A stretch of DNA of 64,000 bases from Carcharhinus longimanus (taxonomy: Eukaryota), in assembly GCA_030264375.1 (NCBI GenBank), contig JASCQW010000190.1:78717370-78781369 (forward strand), read 5' to 3'. The notes under the pieces were generated by a model. The model saw only the letters and a program-made list of their open reading frames with translations, was not told the origin of the DNA and searched no databases. A program made the translations under genes and the position numbers. This document shows, piece by piece, positions 11,791 to 25,139 of this stretch. How positions within the stretch are numbered: position 1 is the first letter of the stretch; the number at the start of each line of letters is the position of its first letter.

Positions 11791-13296
11791 GTAGACATGG
11801 TTGTAATAAATGTAGAAGACCTGGCATCAGCTGTGTTTAGGATGCCCAAAATTTCAGGAATAATTCCGTTATAGACATTAGGCCCCTATTTGCAAAGGCC
11901 TGTACCAGANNNNNNNNNNACATTTGTTAAGATAGTGATCTGCATGCCCAAACCCAGGGGACTTATACACAAACTGACAAGAAGCAAGAATCAATAATTT
12001 CAATAAGTGTGTGTTGAAAGGTGAAATGAAATGGTGGAGACTAATTATGGCAGGCTCAAATTTTGCCTATTACTCTGAAAAATAACTTAGTCATAATACG
12101 TTTGAAATGTGTAATTCTGCACAATGTGATTAAAGCTCTTTTTCCCAGCCAGGCATACAGACCAACACAAACAGCCAAAATAATGGTTGATTATATAAGC
12201 AGGAAGTTTTGCTGCTGGCTGCTGATTAGTCAGAGTCCTGGAAGTAGGCAAGCTGTGGTCACTATCAGCATAGATTATTAAAATTCTCACTGAGAGGAAA
12301 CTGAAGCCTGGCCTCAGTTTACTTATCTGGAAATGAGAGAAGTAATAAATCTGCTTGATTTTACCATCTTTTGATTTGGCAGTCCCAGCCTCCCCACTTC
12401 AGTTCTATACAGTTGGCCCAGTTCATTTTATGACTGCAAAAAAAGAACTAAAATTGTGTTGTGCAATATTGGTAACAAGTGTTAATTTAATCAAATAAAA
12501 TCCCACCGCACCTTATTTGTAATGAACAAAGGAATATTATACAGACATCATCATGCAAGCGTTTTCACAGCATTGTCACTGATTTTGAAGCAAAGCTCCA
12601 TTCTATTTATAGAAATGACATTTTCAAAGTGAGAAAGTTCTAAGTAACTGTTTCTGAATTTTGTTTATGAGCAATGAAAGAGTTCCTGCAAATATTTGCC
12701 CCAACTGTGCTTCTGTAATGAAATATAAATAGCAATTTAATCAGAGTAGGACAATAATCCCCTCTTGTGTATTTGCAATTAGGTGCAATTATCAGCTAGT
12801 TCTTGTTTTCTGGTTCCCAAATAGGGAGATGGAGAGGGACTGTCAACTGGTGTAGATTGAACTGTGAGATATTAGCCAACCATTATACACACCACCAGAT
12901 TGATCCCTTCAAAATGAAAAGAGCAATCAGGCTGAGAGTGCTATCACCCTACCATTGCCCACTATACCACAGTTGAAATTTCTGCCCAAGGAAGCACTTG
13001 GTGGGCAATAAAGTATAGAACCAAGGCCACAGGTATCAGAAGGTTCAGGTTAGCCAATGTCAATCAGAATGTAAGCGCACTAATAATGGCCTCAGTGTTC
13101 TTGGGCTAGGGCGGGGGAGTACAGGCATCTGATAGCTATGCACTGACTGCTGTTGGAAGGGCATGCATGGGTACGAATCATGCAAAGGTCAGTTAATCAC
13201 GTGCGGGATTTTCCAGTTTTGAAGCAAGCGCAGCTAGAAAATTCCACCCCAAGTTTCAGGAAAATTGAGTTTGTTTTAAAGGATTTATAATTGTAT

Positions 13297-14494
13297 TGTT
13301 ATATATTAGAAATAAATTATAGTTTTAAGAATGTTTAGTGTTTCTGTGTAAGGAATGGTAAGCTTATAATCAGATTCATGCTGGACAAGGGTGTTTGTAT
13401 GTATGGGGTTGGCTCAGTTCAAAGTGTGCGTCTATTGTGCTTAGAGGTCATGGTGCAAAAAGTTAATTAAAAAATGGAGAAATAAAAGTCATTGCTCAGC
13501 AACTGGGGACATCTTTAAGGTAGGAATGCTTTTTAAGTTTAGTTTTTTTGCTGGATATTTTACAATTGAATATTTTACAGTTGAAGATCAGAAGTCTGGG
13601 AGTAAACATCTCTCTGTTCTACCAGAAGAGAAGCTGAACATGACAAGGATAAACAACCACAGAATTGGGACAGAAAAAATGTCTCAGGAAACAGAAACTA
13701 AGAGGTTGAACAAGGTGCTGTTCAGGAGAGTTCAAGGGAAAAGCAGATAAAAGTGTTCTGAATTGAAAAGACAGCTGCAGTTCCTAGATTTTAAGTGAGA
13801 AAGCAGACTTTAGAGGTAAAATAAAAGTTGTGGCCACCTTATTAAAGTTTGTGATTTGACCATTAAAGACAAAGGAAGGGAAGGTGCAAAATGTGGAAGC
13901 GAATCGTTAATGGAAGCAGGTAAGGGAAAACATTCTTTAAAAGAAGATTTAAAAGTGCGTGGTTTCTTTAGGCNNNNNNNNNNNNNNNNNNNNNNNNNNN
14001 NNNNNNNNNNNNNNNNNNNNNNNNNNNNNNNNNNNNNNNNNNNNNNNNNNNNNNNNNNNNNNNNNNNNNNNNNCTTTAGGCAGAATTTTAATCACTCGTG
14101 TGGAAGCTGGAGTTCAGTGAGACAAGGTGGCTAAGAATCATGTGGGGGTGGGGGGGTATTAAGGGGACATTCACTGGATTTGGAGTGGAGTGTGTCTGAC
14201 AATAGCTAGCATGTGTGTTTAAAGGGACTGTATCACTAAGGCCAATGCAATTAAGATATACTTTGTACCTTAAAATCTGTGTATATTTGTGAAGCTAAGC
14301 AGGGAGTAAAGGATTATCATATCATAATCAAATTTTTCATATTTAATAAAAAAGAATTCTTGATGTTAAAACAAATTTGTGGTTTTGTAACTGTGTCTCC
14401 ACTTCTTTTTAAATAAATTTTTTTATGGCCTTTTGAGCCAGGATTCTATTCTGGGATCTTCTTGTCCAGTTATAACACCAACTGGATAAGAACG
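13297..14494 (+). repeat. Probable solo LTR
   Basis: Starts TGTTAT; AT-rich body with AATAAA near the end; terminal ...TTATAACA...AAC. No TSD confirmed. Confidence 0.45.
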
Positions 14495-14756
14495 CAAGCC
14501 ACGTAAAATGATATTAGAAAATGACAAAAGCTTGGTCAAAGAGCTCAGTTTCAAGTACTGATTTAAAAGAATGAAGAAGAGGAAGGTAGTAAATCAGAGA
14601 TACGTCGGGACGCCATTCCAGTGCTTATGGACCCAGGCAGCTCAAGGTACTGCCAGTGGAGTGATAAAATCAGTGATGCATAAGAGACCAAAAATTGGAG
14701 GAGCACAGATATTTCAGAGGTCTGTAAGACTGGAGAAGTTACAGAGAGAGGAGGTG

Positions 14757-15106
14757 AAGGCCTACTGGTATTATTGCTCGAATATTAACCTAGAAACTCA
14801 GCTAACGTTCTGGGGACCCGGCTTCAAATCCCACCACCGTGGATGGTGGAATTTGAATTCAATGAAAAATATCTGGAATTAAGAATCTACTGATGACTAT
14901 GAAACCATTGTCGATCATTGGAAAACCCATCTGGTTCACTAATGTCCTTGAGGGAAAGAACTCTGCCATCTTTACCTGGTCTGGTCTTCATGTGACTTCA
15001 GATCCACACCAATGTGGTTGACTCTCAACTGTCTTCTAATGGCAACTAGAGATGGGCAATAAATGCTGGCGAGCCATTGACGCCCATATCCCATGAGTAA
15101 AAAAAG
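14757..15106 (+). mobile_element. tRNA-headed SINE with GGCAATAAATGCTGGC tail (other copies 40119-40475 +, 43317-43480 -), inserted in an L2-like fragment (14500-15170)
   Basis: Three mutually similar copies; B-box-like GGCTTCAAATCC / GGTTCAGATCC; A-rich tail. Confidence 0.8.
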
Positions 15107-16018
15107 AGATGGGGGGAGGGCGGCAGCTAAGGTCATGGAGGGATTTGATCAAAGGATTTTAAACTGAGAAAGCCATCAATGAATACAATGGAATGTCTGT
15201 TATTTTATTCTTGTTTTCATTCTCTCCTTTCCTGCAGATTCTGGTACCTGTGGAGCTCCAGTTCCATAGATATCGATAGCCATCTGGTAACCTGGCCAGG
15301 CGAACAGGCAAATCTTTCATGCGTGAGCATAAATACAAGCACAAGCAAGCTGTTCAGTACTGAGGACATGTCAGTGAATCTCATTTGTCCTCTCATCCAG
15401 TGGTCACAAAATCATTCCAGCACAGAACAACAGATGCAATCGGGGTAGAAAGAGAGGCTAATGGACTCTCCCCTAACCCTGTACTTGTCAACTGAAGCAC
15501 AACAACTTCTGCTCTCTGATTCAGCACATGCCAGGAATAAAATCTGAGATTGTCTGGGCTGTATGCGTCATCACAATAGTGGACAATATCTCTTAAAATG
15601 AGATTAAACAAAACATTCCCTACAATAATTTGCTTCCAGTTCGGTCTGTTAAAATGCTACAGGAACGAACTTCTTAATTCTTATACTCAATGCTGAAATT
15701 TATGACTAACCTATCTAGATTAAAGCACTCAAATGATATAGATGGCACATTTACTACATTATTAGAAAAGTTCTGCAAGATGAGAAATTAAAGTAAATGC
15801 AAGTCAAGGAGGTTATTAATGGATAGAAATTTGTTCAAGTGTACAGTATTATTCTTACACTTAGCTTTAGTCATTTTCTGCTACATTCCAAAGAAATTAT
15901 TCAAGAAGTTGGAACAGAAAAAGCTAGAAAGCCAAAAGGAATAAGGAAGCATGGTGCATATCTCTCAAATAAGACCAAGGCAATTCAGATAAGTACTAAA
16001 AATTCAGCCAAATCTTAC

Positions 16019-16369
16019 TTGGTGAAGATTGCTTGTCTTCTCACAATGCTCAACAAGAGTTGCTCCATCTATCACAGAAAACGGCCTTGGCCTAACACGT
16101 CTGTTCCTGAGCTTTATCTTGGCGGCTGGTGAAGAGTTGCCACAAATTCCTGTTGGGTCTGCTGGCATTCTAGACCTCAGATTAAACTCTGCCACTGTGG
16201 GGGAGTCATCTTGTGGGATCGCACATTGCCAGTTGTTGAGCTGAACACAATCTGACACAGGGCGCGGTGGCTTCTCGCACTTTACTTTTGTTTGGTTATT
16301 GTCCATGTCTTCAGATCGTTCATTTTCTTCATCATGAGACAGCCTCTCAACACTCTCCTTTGTAGGGAC
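16019..16369 (-). CDS. SPATA13-like Rho GEF, next coding exon
   Basis: Acceptor cccatcag|GTCCCT at 16369, donor CAA|GTAAGA at 16019, 351 nt, phase 0-0. VPTKESVERLSHDEE...PRPVSDC...RRVRPRPFSVIDG...NLHQ matches SPATA13 VVPDG...SQDEE...PRPFSDY...RRRRPISVIGG...NLLTQ. Confidence 0.85.
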
Positions 16370-16927
16370 CTGATGGGTTTAAATTTCAATAATATTATTC
16401 ATATTTCTCGAACGTACATTCGCAAAACATTACAGTTGAAAAAGAAGTTTCATTTTAACTGTTCACCCCTTCCACAACCAGAAATGTTTACAGTAGTGTT
16501 TTTTTTCACTCTATAATGCTCTTTTCCAGAGGTGATGATTCATGCTGGAGGATAGTTTGATTAGTGCAATACTGGAGACCATTAGCAGCTAATTGGAATA
16601 TTGGTGGTTGAATGTTAATGAGACTTATTATCGAAGAGCTTTTTTAATATTCTGCTGACATCCATATAGTTTTTGGCTTATTTTAAAATGTACATCCAAA
16701 ATTGAGCAATCATGCTGGATCTTTACCACATCCAGGTGACAGATTGTTTTAACACTATTTTGAAAATACTGACCACTATTTTGTATTCAATTACAATTCA
16801 ATACAATGAGGAAAAATTATTACTTTTCATTCTTCCAACTGAATACATTTTCTGAAATTTAAAAAGCACAGAACAAAACCGACATCATTAATCTTTTCTC
16901 TCACATATGTAAGCATCCTACACACAT

Positions 16928-17612
16928 AGGGGATGATTCTCTGACCTCACTGCACCGTTAGCAGATTATGCTGACCCTGGAGACAAGTGTATGAACCTAA
17001 AACACCATTTTGCACCTGGCACCAAACAATTTGTAAATCTCCCTGCACCTTCCTAATGCTATGAATCAGATTGCACCTATAAAGGATCAGTGGTCAATTA
17101 GCATATTTAAAATAACACTTAAGTATGCAGAGCCTATTCAAATCCCAGCGCATGGAATTCTCTGGCTTTTGGGGGCGGTGCAATAACAGCGAAAATCTCT
17201 ACCAGTCTCCATTAGCAGAGAATTGGCATGATGGTCATTTCAGGGGAATCAGAGGCCATTAAAGACCCAGATAGTCAAGAGCATTACCGGGCAGGGCCCA
17301 CCTTTCAGGGCTTACCTGGCACACAGTCAGTGGCAACTGGACAGCCCAGCAGTGGCCATGGGAGAGCCCAGTGGTGCCAGTTGGGCACTGCCAAGAGGTG
17401 AGGCCTGCTTGGGACTATGACAGGGAGGCAGGCATGATGGTTATGATGGTGAGCTCATGCGGGGGTAGGTCATGTCAAGGATCTTGATGGGGGGCGGTGG
17501 GGGGATGTCAGAGGTTTTGACGTGATATGGAATTCGCATGAGAGACCAATATGAATCATTCCATTATTCTCGCCATTAGAACACTTGGAAATTTTCTGGG
17601 AGAATTCTGCCC
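16928..17612. mobile_element. Harbinger-type MITE
   Basis: Termini GGGGATGATTCTC ... GAGAATTCTGCCC are imperfect inverted repeats, both flanked by ATA (3-bp duplication). GC-rich interior. Confidence 0.55.
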
Positions 17613-18369
17613 ATAACCTGTGTTTGTTAATTAAGCAAAAAGCCTTTCTGGTTAAAAGTAGTCAATATAGATTTAACCGGAATAAAGTTGGTGCAATTTG
17701 TCTTCAAATACTCTGAAAGGTTTGAACAAAACTGCTAGAATATTCTATGAACACAATTGACTAAATAGTATTCTGGAAAGTGAAAACATTGAATGCTTAA
17801 AATGTGCAACCTAAATTCAAGTGTCAATTTGATTGTTATTGCAAAATATCTTTTTTAAAAAATCCTAATTTATGTTACAGGAAAAATGCCACGAAAAAAT
17901 GGGCATATTCTAAACATTCTGTGGGAATCCAGTGGACCAGATAAATTGAGGGTGGTAACCAAAGCTGTCATGGGCCATCCAAATCTTTGCCACTTTATTA
18001 TCCAATTAGACAACAAAGAACAAGGAACAGCACGGCACAGGAACAGGCCCTTCGCCCACCAAGCCTGCACCGACACATGACATCTTCCGAAACTAAAGAC
18101 CCTTTGTCTCTACATGGTCCGTATTCCTCCCTGCCTATTCATTTATCTGTCAAGATGCCTCTTTGGTGGTTTGACAAAGGAAACTGCAATGCAGCATTGC
18201 TTATTCTAAATATAGCACCCCACACTGCAGCCCTCAGAAATGGATATGATTCTTTCCACTTGAACTATACAATGTCAAATGTTAATGTGCCTAGCACCAA
18301 TTTAGGATTGTAGCACATAACAAATGTTTTACCACTCTTTAGGTGTGAAGCTAAATTGAGGCTTGTCAA

Positions 18370-18900
18370 TCTACAACAATTTGTATTTATGCAGCACCTC
18401 TAATTCTGATCACCTGTGCGTTCCAAATTATTATTGCTCCATCTGTGGTGGCTGTGCAAGTTCCTAGATCACAAACTCTGGAATTTCCTCCCTAAACCTC
18501 TCTACCTCACTTTCCTCTTTCTCAAAAGCTACATCTTTGCCCAAGCCTTTGATCATCTGACCTAATATCTCCTTAAGTGGCTCAGTGTCAGACTGTGTGC
18601 CTCTGAGGAGCCTTGGGACTCTTTATATTAATATAGTGCCTTTAATGTAAGTTGTTGCTGTTAACATTATAAAATGCATCAAGACGTATCACAGAAGCAA
18701 TATAAATCATACTTGACACATTATTATTACGGTATATTGGGGAAGATGAACAAATGTTTGGTCAAAGAGATAGGTTTTAAGTAGTGTTTTAAAGGAGGAA
18801 AGAGTTATAGGTAGACGGAGAGGTTCAGGTCTGCCTCCTTATATCTCTTTAGAACTTAAGTCCTTGGAAGCTAAACAGCAGTTACCAAAGATAAAGAGGT
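18370..18900. mobile_element. Old L2-like LINE 3' fragments in opposite orientations
   Basis: ctctggaatttcctccctaaacctctc..ctacatctttgcccaagcctttg, then its reverse-complement form tttggtcaaagagataggttttaa. Confidence 0.6.
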
Positions 18901-20205
18901 AATTGAAGACAGAGGTTGGTTAGCTCAGCTGGCAAGCTAACTAACATGGTGGTTCAGAATAACACCAACAGGTTTGATTCCTGTTCCAGCTGAGCAATTT
19001 TGGAACTTGCCTCCACATCATGCCCTTGAGACTGAAGGGTAATGACAAAGTACCATTGACAAAAGCTGCAAAGAAAGCAGCGCAAGATGAAGCATTAGCA
19101 GGCAATGAAACCAGGGTCTGTCTTCAGGCAGACAGTCTATACCATTCTGTGCTAAAATTGAATGGTCGTTATTGCAGCTCTGGACCCAGCAATTTGGACA
19201 TTTCCAGGTTAATTCATTCATTTGGGTTACACTTCCACTGAAATCATTCCAGTCTCTGTTCTGTAACTACTGCTGCCTCCCCAAGAAAAGAGAGGAGAGG
19301 GTGAAGGAATTGCGGATAAGCATACATTGCAGATGCGATGGGAGATGCGATGTATAAAGTACAAAATATGGGTAATTGAAAATGCAAACCAGGACGTCAT
19401 AAACAATGAAAATTTACTGTATAATTCAGTTTCCATTCACACTCCAAAAGATGTGCAGGTGAGGTTGATTGGTCATGATAAATTGCCCTTTAGTGTCAGG
19501 GGGATTAGCATCCATGCAGATGCAATGGACTGAATGGCCTCCTTCTGCACTGTAGTCATTCCATTCTAAATTTTACAACATTATTAGTAAGAGATTAAAG
19601 CTACTCAGATGGATGGTTTGCACATTGTTAGCTGAACACAAGATGGCATCCAATAAGTACATTATGGTTAGAAATTTCCAGCTGTCCACAACAGTGGGAT
19701 CTGTTGGTCTACTGACAGTACACCCCAGCTGTAAATCCCATTTACAGCTGTGCGACCAGAAGATCCCACTACCAGCGCACCAGCTCCTACAGTGAGAAAA
19801 ACGCCATGAGGAGGCCAGAAAATCTCCCCTATAGAAATTGCACCACCCTTGAATTACCTCTGCTCTCTTTGGTGGAAGATTCTATAGAGTTTTATTATTA
19901 CTAAACAAATACTTATTTAGATGAAACAGTAGTAATAACATTAAAGGGTATCTTGTTCACTCATTTTATTCTAACTTGTTACTCAAATCATTTAGCATTT
20001 GGGTATTACTTGGAATAATCTTTCACACAAACTCTAAATACGGACTTAATCCCCTTCTTCCTTTCTTTTACAGTTTTAAATACAAGCTTCATTTAAGGAA
20101 TGATTGCCTCAGCATGCATTTCCCATGACCAGCAAGTCAAAGGCCTGCATTTTCTGAGTTTCTATTCACTAAATTAAATGGAAGAGAAAACTAAACATTG
20201 AGGTC

Positions 20206-20831
20206 TCAAGCATCAGATCAAATGCAAGATGGGGTGAATTGTATTAACTTGTCAGCTTGGATCTTGTTGGTCTTCCTTGTGGTGACCATGAATTGGATTC
20301 AATTGGAAATGGAATTTGATTTTTGGAGTTGGCAAGGAATGGATTTGGGTTTGCCTGATCTGTTCTGAGCTTTAGCTCTGCAATGTTAAGGATGGAGTAA
20401 AAATTAAAAACACTGGGGCCTCTTCTCGACCTTTTGGCTAAGATCAAGTATCAGATCCAGAGTGCTCTGGTTTCCTCCCATACTCCAAAGATGTGCAGGT
20501 TAGGTTGATTGGCTGTGCTAAATTGCCCCTTAACGTCAGGGTAAATAAGTAAGGTGAGGAGGTTAGGGTCTGGATGGGATTGCAGTTGGTGCAGACTTGA
20601 TGGGCCAAATGACCTCCTTCAGCACTGCAGGGATTCTATGATTATGAGGTACAATGCCTTATCTAGTCAGCTTGGATCGCATTTGTCTCTCTTGTGGAGA
20701 CCATGGATTAGTTTCAATTAGAATTTGGTTTTTTGAACAAGCAAGGAATGGATTTGGGTTTGCCCAGTCCACTCTGAGCATTTGCTTTGTAACTTTAAGA
20801 GTGGAGTAAAAATTTTTGAAAAAAGGGGTCC
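20206..20831 (+). pseudogene. Head-to-tail dimer of a diverged U2 snRNA-derived element; second unit split by an HE1 SINE
   Basis: 20422-20449 CTTCTCGACCTTTTGGCTAAGATCAAGT matches the U2 5' end at 27/28 positions. Both units carry a stem-IIb-like hairpin and an Sm-site-like tract (GATTTTTGGAG at 20318-20328). Unit 2 has TTGCCCAGTCCACTCTGAGCAT versus U2 TTGCTCCGTCCACTCCACGCAT. Confidence 0.75.
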
Positions 20832-21065
20832 TGAAGTTTTCCAAGCACTGCTACCCCCGATAGCTAGTCCTTGATCAAGAAATTAATTCTTCAGTCACCA
20901 CTTCATTCTTTAAATTTTATTCTATTGATATAAATTTTCCTGGTAGATATTGTCTGATGCAATTTATTCATTCAATACCAGCCGATGGACAACTGGAAAG
21001 TATTAGCACAAAACAAGAAAAAGATGACTAAACCTGTGCAACTAATTTGGTACAATGGATTAGTG

Positions 21066-21960
21066 TCATAGAGTCATAGAGGTTTACAGCATGGAAACAG
21101 GCCCTTTGGCCCAACTTGTCCATGCCATCCTTTTTTTTAAACTCCTAAGCTAATCCCAATTGACCGCATTTGGCCCATATCCCTCTATACCCATTTTACC
21201 CATGTAACTATCTAAATGTTTTTTAAAGGACAACATTGTACCCGTCTCTACTACTACCTCTGTTAGCTTGTTCCAGACACTCACCACCCTGTGTGTGAAA
21301 AAATTGTCCCTCTGGACCCTTTTGTATCTCTCCCCTCTCATCTTAAACTTATGCCCTCTAGTTTTACTTTTGGGAAAAGATATTGACCATCTAGCTGATC
21401 TATGCCCTTAATTATTTTGTAGACTTNNNNNNNNNNNNNNNNNNNNNNNNNNNNNNNNNNNNNNNNNNNNNNNNNNNNNNNNNNNNNNNNNNNNNNNNNN
21501 NNNNNNNNNNNNNNNNNNNNNNNNNNGTCCCAATTGCCCGAATTTAGCGCATATCCCTCTATACCCATCATACCCATGTAATTATCTAAATGCTTTTTAA
21601 AAAACAAAATTGTACCCACCTCTTCTACTACCTTTGGCAGCTTGTTCCAGACATTCACCACTCTGTGTGAAAAAATTGCCCCTCTGGCCACTTCTATATC
21701 TCTCTCCTCTCACCTTAAACCTATACCCTCTAGTTTTAGACTCCCTATCTTTGGGAAAAGATATTGACTATCTAGCTGATCTTTGCCCCTCATTATTTTA
21801 TAGGCCTCTATAAGATCACCACTCAGCCTCCTACGCTCCAGAGAAAAAAGTCTCAGTTTATCCAGCCTTTCCTTATAACTCAATGCATCAGGTCCCGGTA
21901 GCATCCTAGTAAATATTTCCTGCACTCTTTCTAGTTTATTAGTATCCTTTCTATAATAGA
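21066..21960 (-). mobile_element. Two adjacent CR1 (HER1-type) 3' fragments
   Basis: SYKERLDKLRLFSLERRRLSGDLIEAYKIM and NFFTHRVVSVWNKL..FKKHLD, repeated on both sides of the gap. Confidence 0.88.
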
Positions 21961-24848
21961 GTGGCCAGAATTACTGATTATAACCTCCAGGCAGAGCCAG
22001 GAAGAGATGTCATGGGGCCCCAATACTTTTCCTATTTCCAGGCCTTCAGGTGTGTCTGTGCAATAAAACATTTAAATGGCCAGAGAATAAAGACTGAATG
22101 GTCCACAAACTGTATCTGTGTTTTCTTAATCAGCAAGTCTGAAGTCTCTGTTGATTGCTGCTTCACTATAACATATTTTCTATTTCTACTGAGCAGAACA
22201 ACTTTATCACAATATTTCAATACTTCAAATAATTCATAAAAAAAACCAAGATAGAGTGAGGTAATAAGTAAGTAGACAAAAGGACAAGGTTGAAGTCAGT
22301 GGAAAGATTCGAGAACCACGTGCAGCGTAAAATAGATTATTGATTCACTACAAGCCCATTACTCACTCCTGCCCTGGTAATTAGACCCCACAAAGCCTGC
22401 TCATAGTCAACTACCATTAGCAACAAAATAAACAGAACTCCAGCCATGACTCCACGTTCTATTTGAAGATAATTGCGGATGAGAAAGCCGTCTAGCCTGG
22501 CTCATCTTAACCATCCCAAAATGACAGACAAACATATATATTAGGAGTTGACCATTTGGTCCCTTGAACCTGCTCCACCATTTGATGACATTGCCTACGT
22601 TATACCTGTGACAACAACTCAAAAGTACTTACTAGGCTGTAAAGCGATTTGGGGCATCATGGAAGGTGCTGCCTATGTAAGCTTTTGTCTTTCATTAGAA
22701 CTTTATTCAGCATGTAGATTGACTGTAGCAATTGTGAAATTGGAAGCGCAATGTTGATTATCTGATAATAATTAATTACAGAGCAATCAACATACTTTAG
22801 AAAACGGGCGACAAAGAAATCATTTACAAATCAATTCAACTCGGTAGCTAATCTCCCCTCAACCCATTCTCTAACCTGGTCCAACCCACACTCCAACCTC
22901 TCCTTCAAATTCCCCAATCATCTTTCCAACCTCATGCAACCTATCCTCCAAGCATCCCCCAATGCCTTCTCCTCATAACTTGCTCTCCCAACCCCACACA
23001 GGGGTAATCTTGAGCATGCATTTGCCGTCTGCAGGAATGGCTGTATGGGCTCAAACTGCAGAGAAACCAGAAAGTTGAAAATTTTGCTGGTGAGATTGCA
23101 ACTTCCGATTTTTACCACCCCTTGCAGGCAATCTAATCAGGTTCATGCCCACAATGGGTAAAAACCTAATTTAAATAAATTATCACCGATTAAACATCCC
23201 TTTCCATATCTTCAAACCACGCCAACGTAATGTCATCTAGATGTGAATTTGTCATGGGGCCGTCAAATATAGTCCCTGGGGGAGAGTGGCCTAGCAACAT
23301 TCCCTGGCATGCCTCTTGGCACAGGTTGGCACCATGCCTATGTCACCTTGGCAGTGCCACCCAAGCACAGTACCAGGAGGCAGCACGGAGCAGACCCAGT
23401 TGGAGATTCATGGCAGGGGGGTGTAGAATTTATTCATTTGTGTTGGAGCAGCTGTGTGTGGAGGTTGGGGAGGGAAGGGGAGGAAGGAGGTGAGGTGCTG
23501 GCGATGGCTGTGTGGGGATGGTGGACAGCAATGTTTAGGAGGAGGTGAGATGTGCCCGACACTGACTGTTGAGGGGTGCAAGGATGAATACCAGCTTCAA
23601 CTGTAGGGTGTGATGGTGGCCACTGCTGGCTTGATGATAGAGCAGGGGAAAAGCGGGGAGGGGAGGGGGAGCCCCTGAGACTTCCGTAGTGGGATGAGGG
23701 GGACATTAGTGTGCACTCTGATCAGGGCACCCTTTAACCATTGCACCCTGATCTCCATGCAAGCCAGGCTTTGCCAACATGTTGAGGCCCCGGCCCCCCC
23801 TTACACGATGGCATGGAAGACGCCTAATTTTCTTTTGCGTAGTAGGATCTGGAACCAGCACTCTGTCATTATTTGGTTAGATCTAGCCCACAGTATCCAA
23901 TTGGGAAACTGCCCAAAGGTTGGGTGCAGCAGCAATGACAACTAGTGAAAGTGACCTTACACTGACTCACAGGCTCAATGATTGGATCTCTCAGTCCAAC
24001 AGATCTGTTTTTTTTACGCCAGTCTTTCAACTACTCAGCATGGACAATGAGAAACTGTTTGAAGCACCAAGCCCAGGACACCCCCCAGACCAGGTCCAGT
24101 GTTTGGCACCATTTGCACCCCTCTCTCCCGGGCCCTGCCTCCAAGGTCAGAGTTCAAATCTCAGATTAATGATATAAGTGTTCACTCAGTCTGCTGGCGG
24201 GAAGGGTCTTACACGCAGTAGGCCGAGAATTTGACATTTGTACTGGGCATTAGCACACTGTGAAACTACCCCCTGTGGTAATACTAATTGGCATAAAATT
24301 GACAAGCTTATTGATACAAACCACAGCACTGATGCGACAGGAAATAGAAAATTGTCATACTGGTCTCGTGGAAGTGATAACCTGAGGTTGGTTTGAGGAA
24401 TATTGTTGAGTTTGAGTTGAAGTTGTTTTCGTTTTAATCTAACCACCATAATAATTGGTGCGAGTACCTAGCCCTGACATTAAACTAAACAAATGCTGTT
24501 TGGTTGGTGAGCAGAATAGCGAAAAGATGGAATCCAAAGAGAAAATGTTGAAAAGCCCAATGTCACTGGCATGGTCTGAGATATAATCAGCTCATTATCA
24601 GAAAATCACAAACACATTGTCCATGAAATCAGTGACTACTTGTCAGGCCCCACTGGCAATCTTCAATTGCTATCAACAAGGATTCATACCTCATGTTCAT
24701 AGCTTACCTTCACACATGCTGTAAGTCTCACACCAACATTTCACAGTTTGCACATAGAAACATAGAAACATAATGCCAGCTAGTTAAACATGACAATAAT
24801 ATCACACACTACACCACATCCACTGATACATTTCCATTTCCTTTGCAG

Positions 24849-24982
24849 ACAGTAGCGTCTAACTGGTGAGGGCAGGAATGGTTGCATTTCCACATACCAA
24901 TGGAGGGAAAGGTGCTTGCCATCATTGGAGTGCTCATGACTGAGGCTGTGGCCAGAGGCAGGGCTGAGCGCTGTCGATGATG
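24849..24982 (+). mobile_element. Exon-like remnant of a Harbinger Myb-protein gene
   Basis: Bounded by tttgcag| and G|GTAAGC; encodes PMEGKVLAIIGV..EAVARG, similar to the LTPxEERVLAIIG motif found downstream of Harbinger Myb domains. Confidence 0.45.
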
Positions 24983-25139
24983 GTAAGCACTTGCTTAATT
25001 CTCCTTCTCAAATTTCACTTCCTCCTCATCCCAATATCTTTTCCGAAACACAAGCTGCGGATTTTGTATGCAGACATCTCATTCTTCAGAGCTGATAATC
25101 CAACAGAACATCAGATAGCATTTGCTATTCCCAATACAG

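Noticed and set aside
15238-15448. Plus-strand exon after a strong polypyrimidine tract and CAG at 15237
   Set aside because: No recognisable protein in any frame, no partner exons, and antisense to the host gene.
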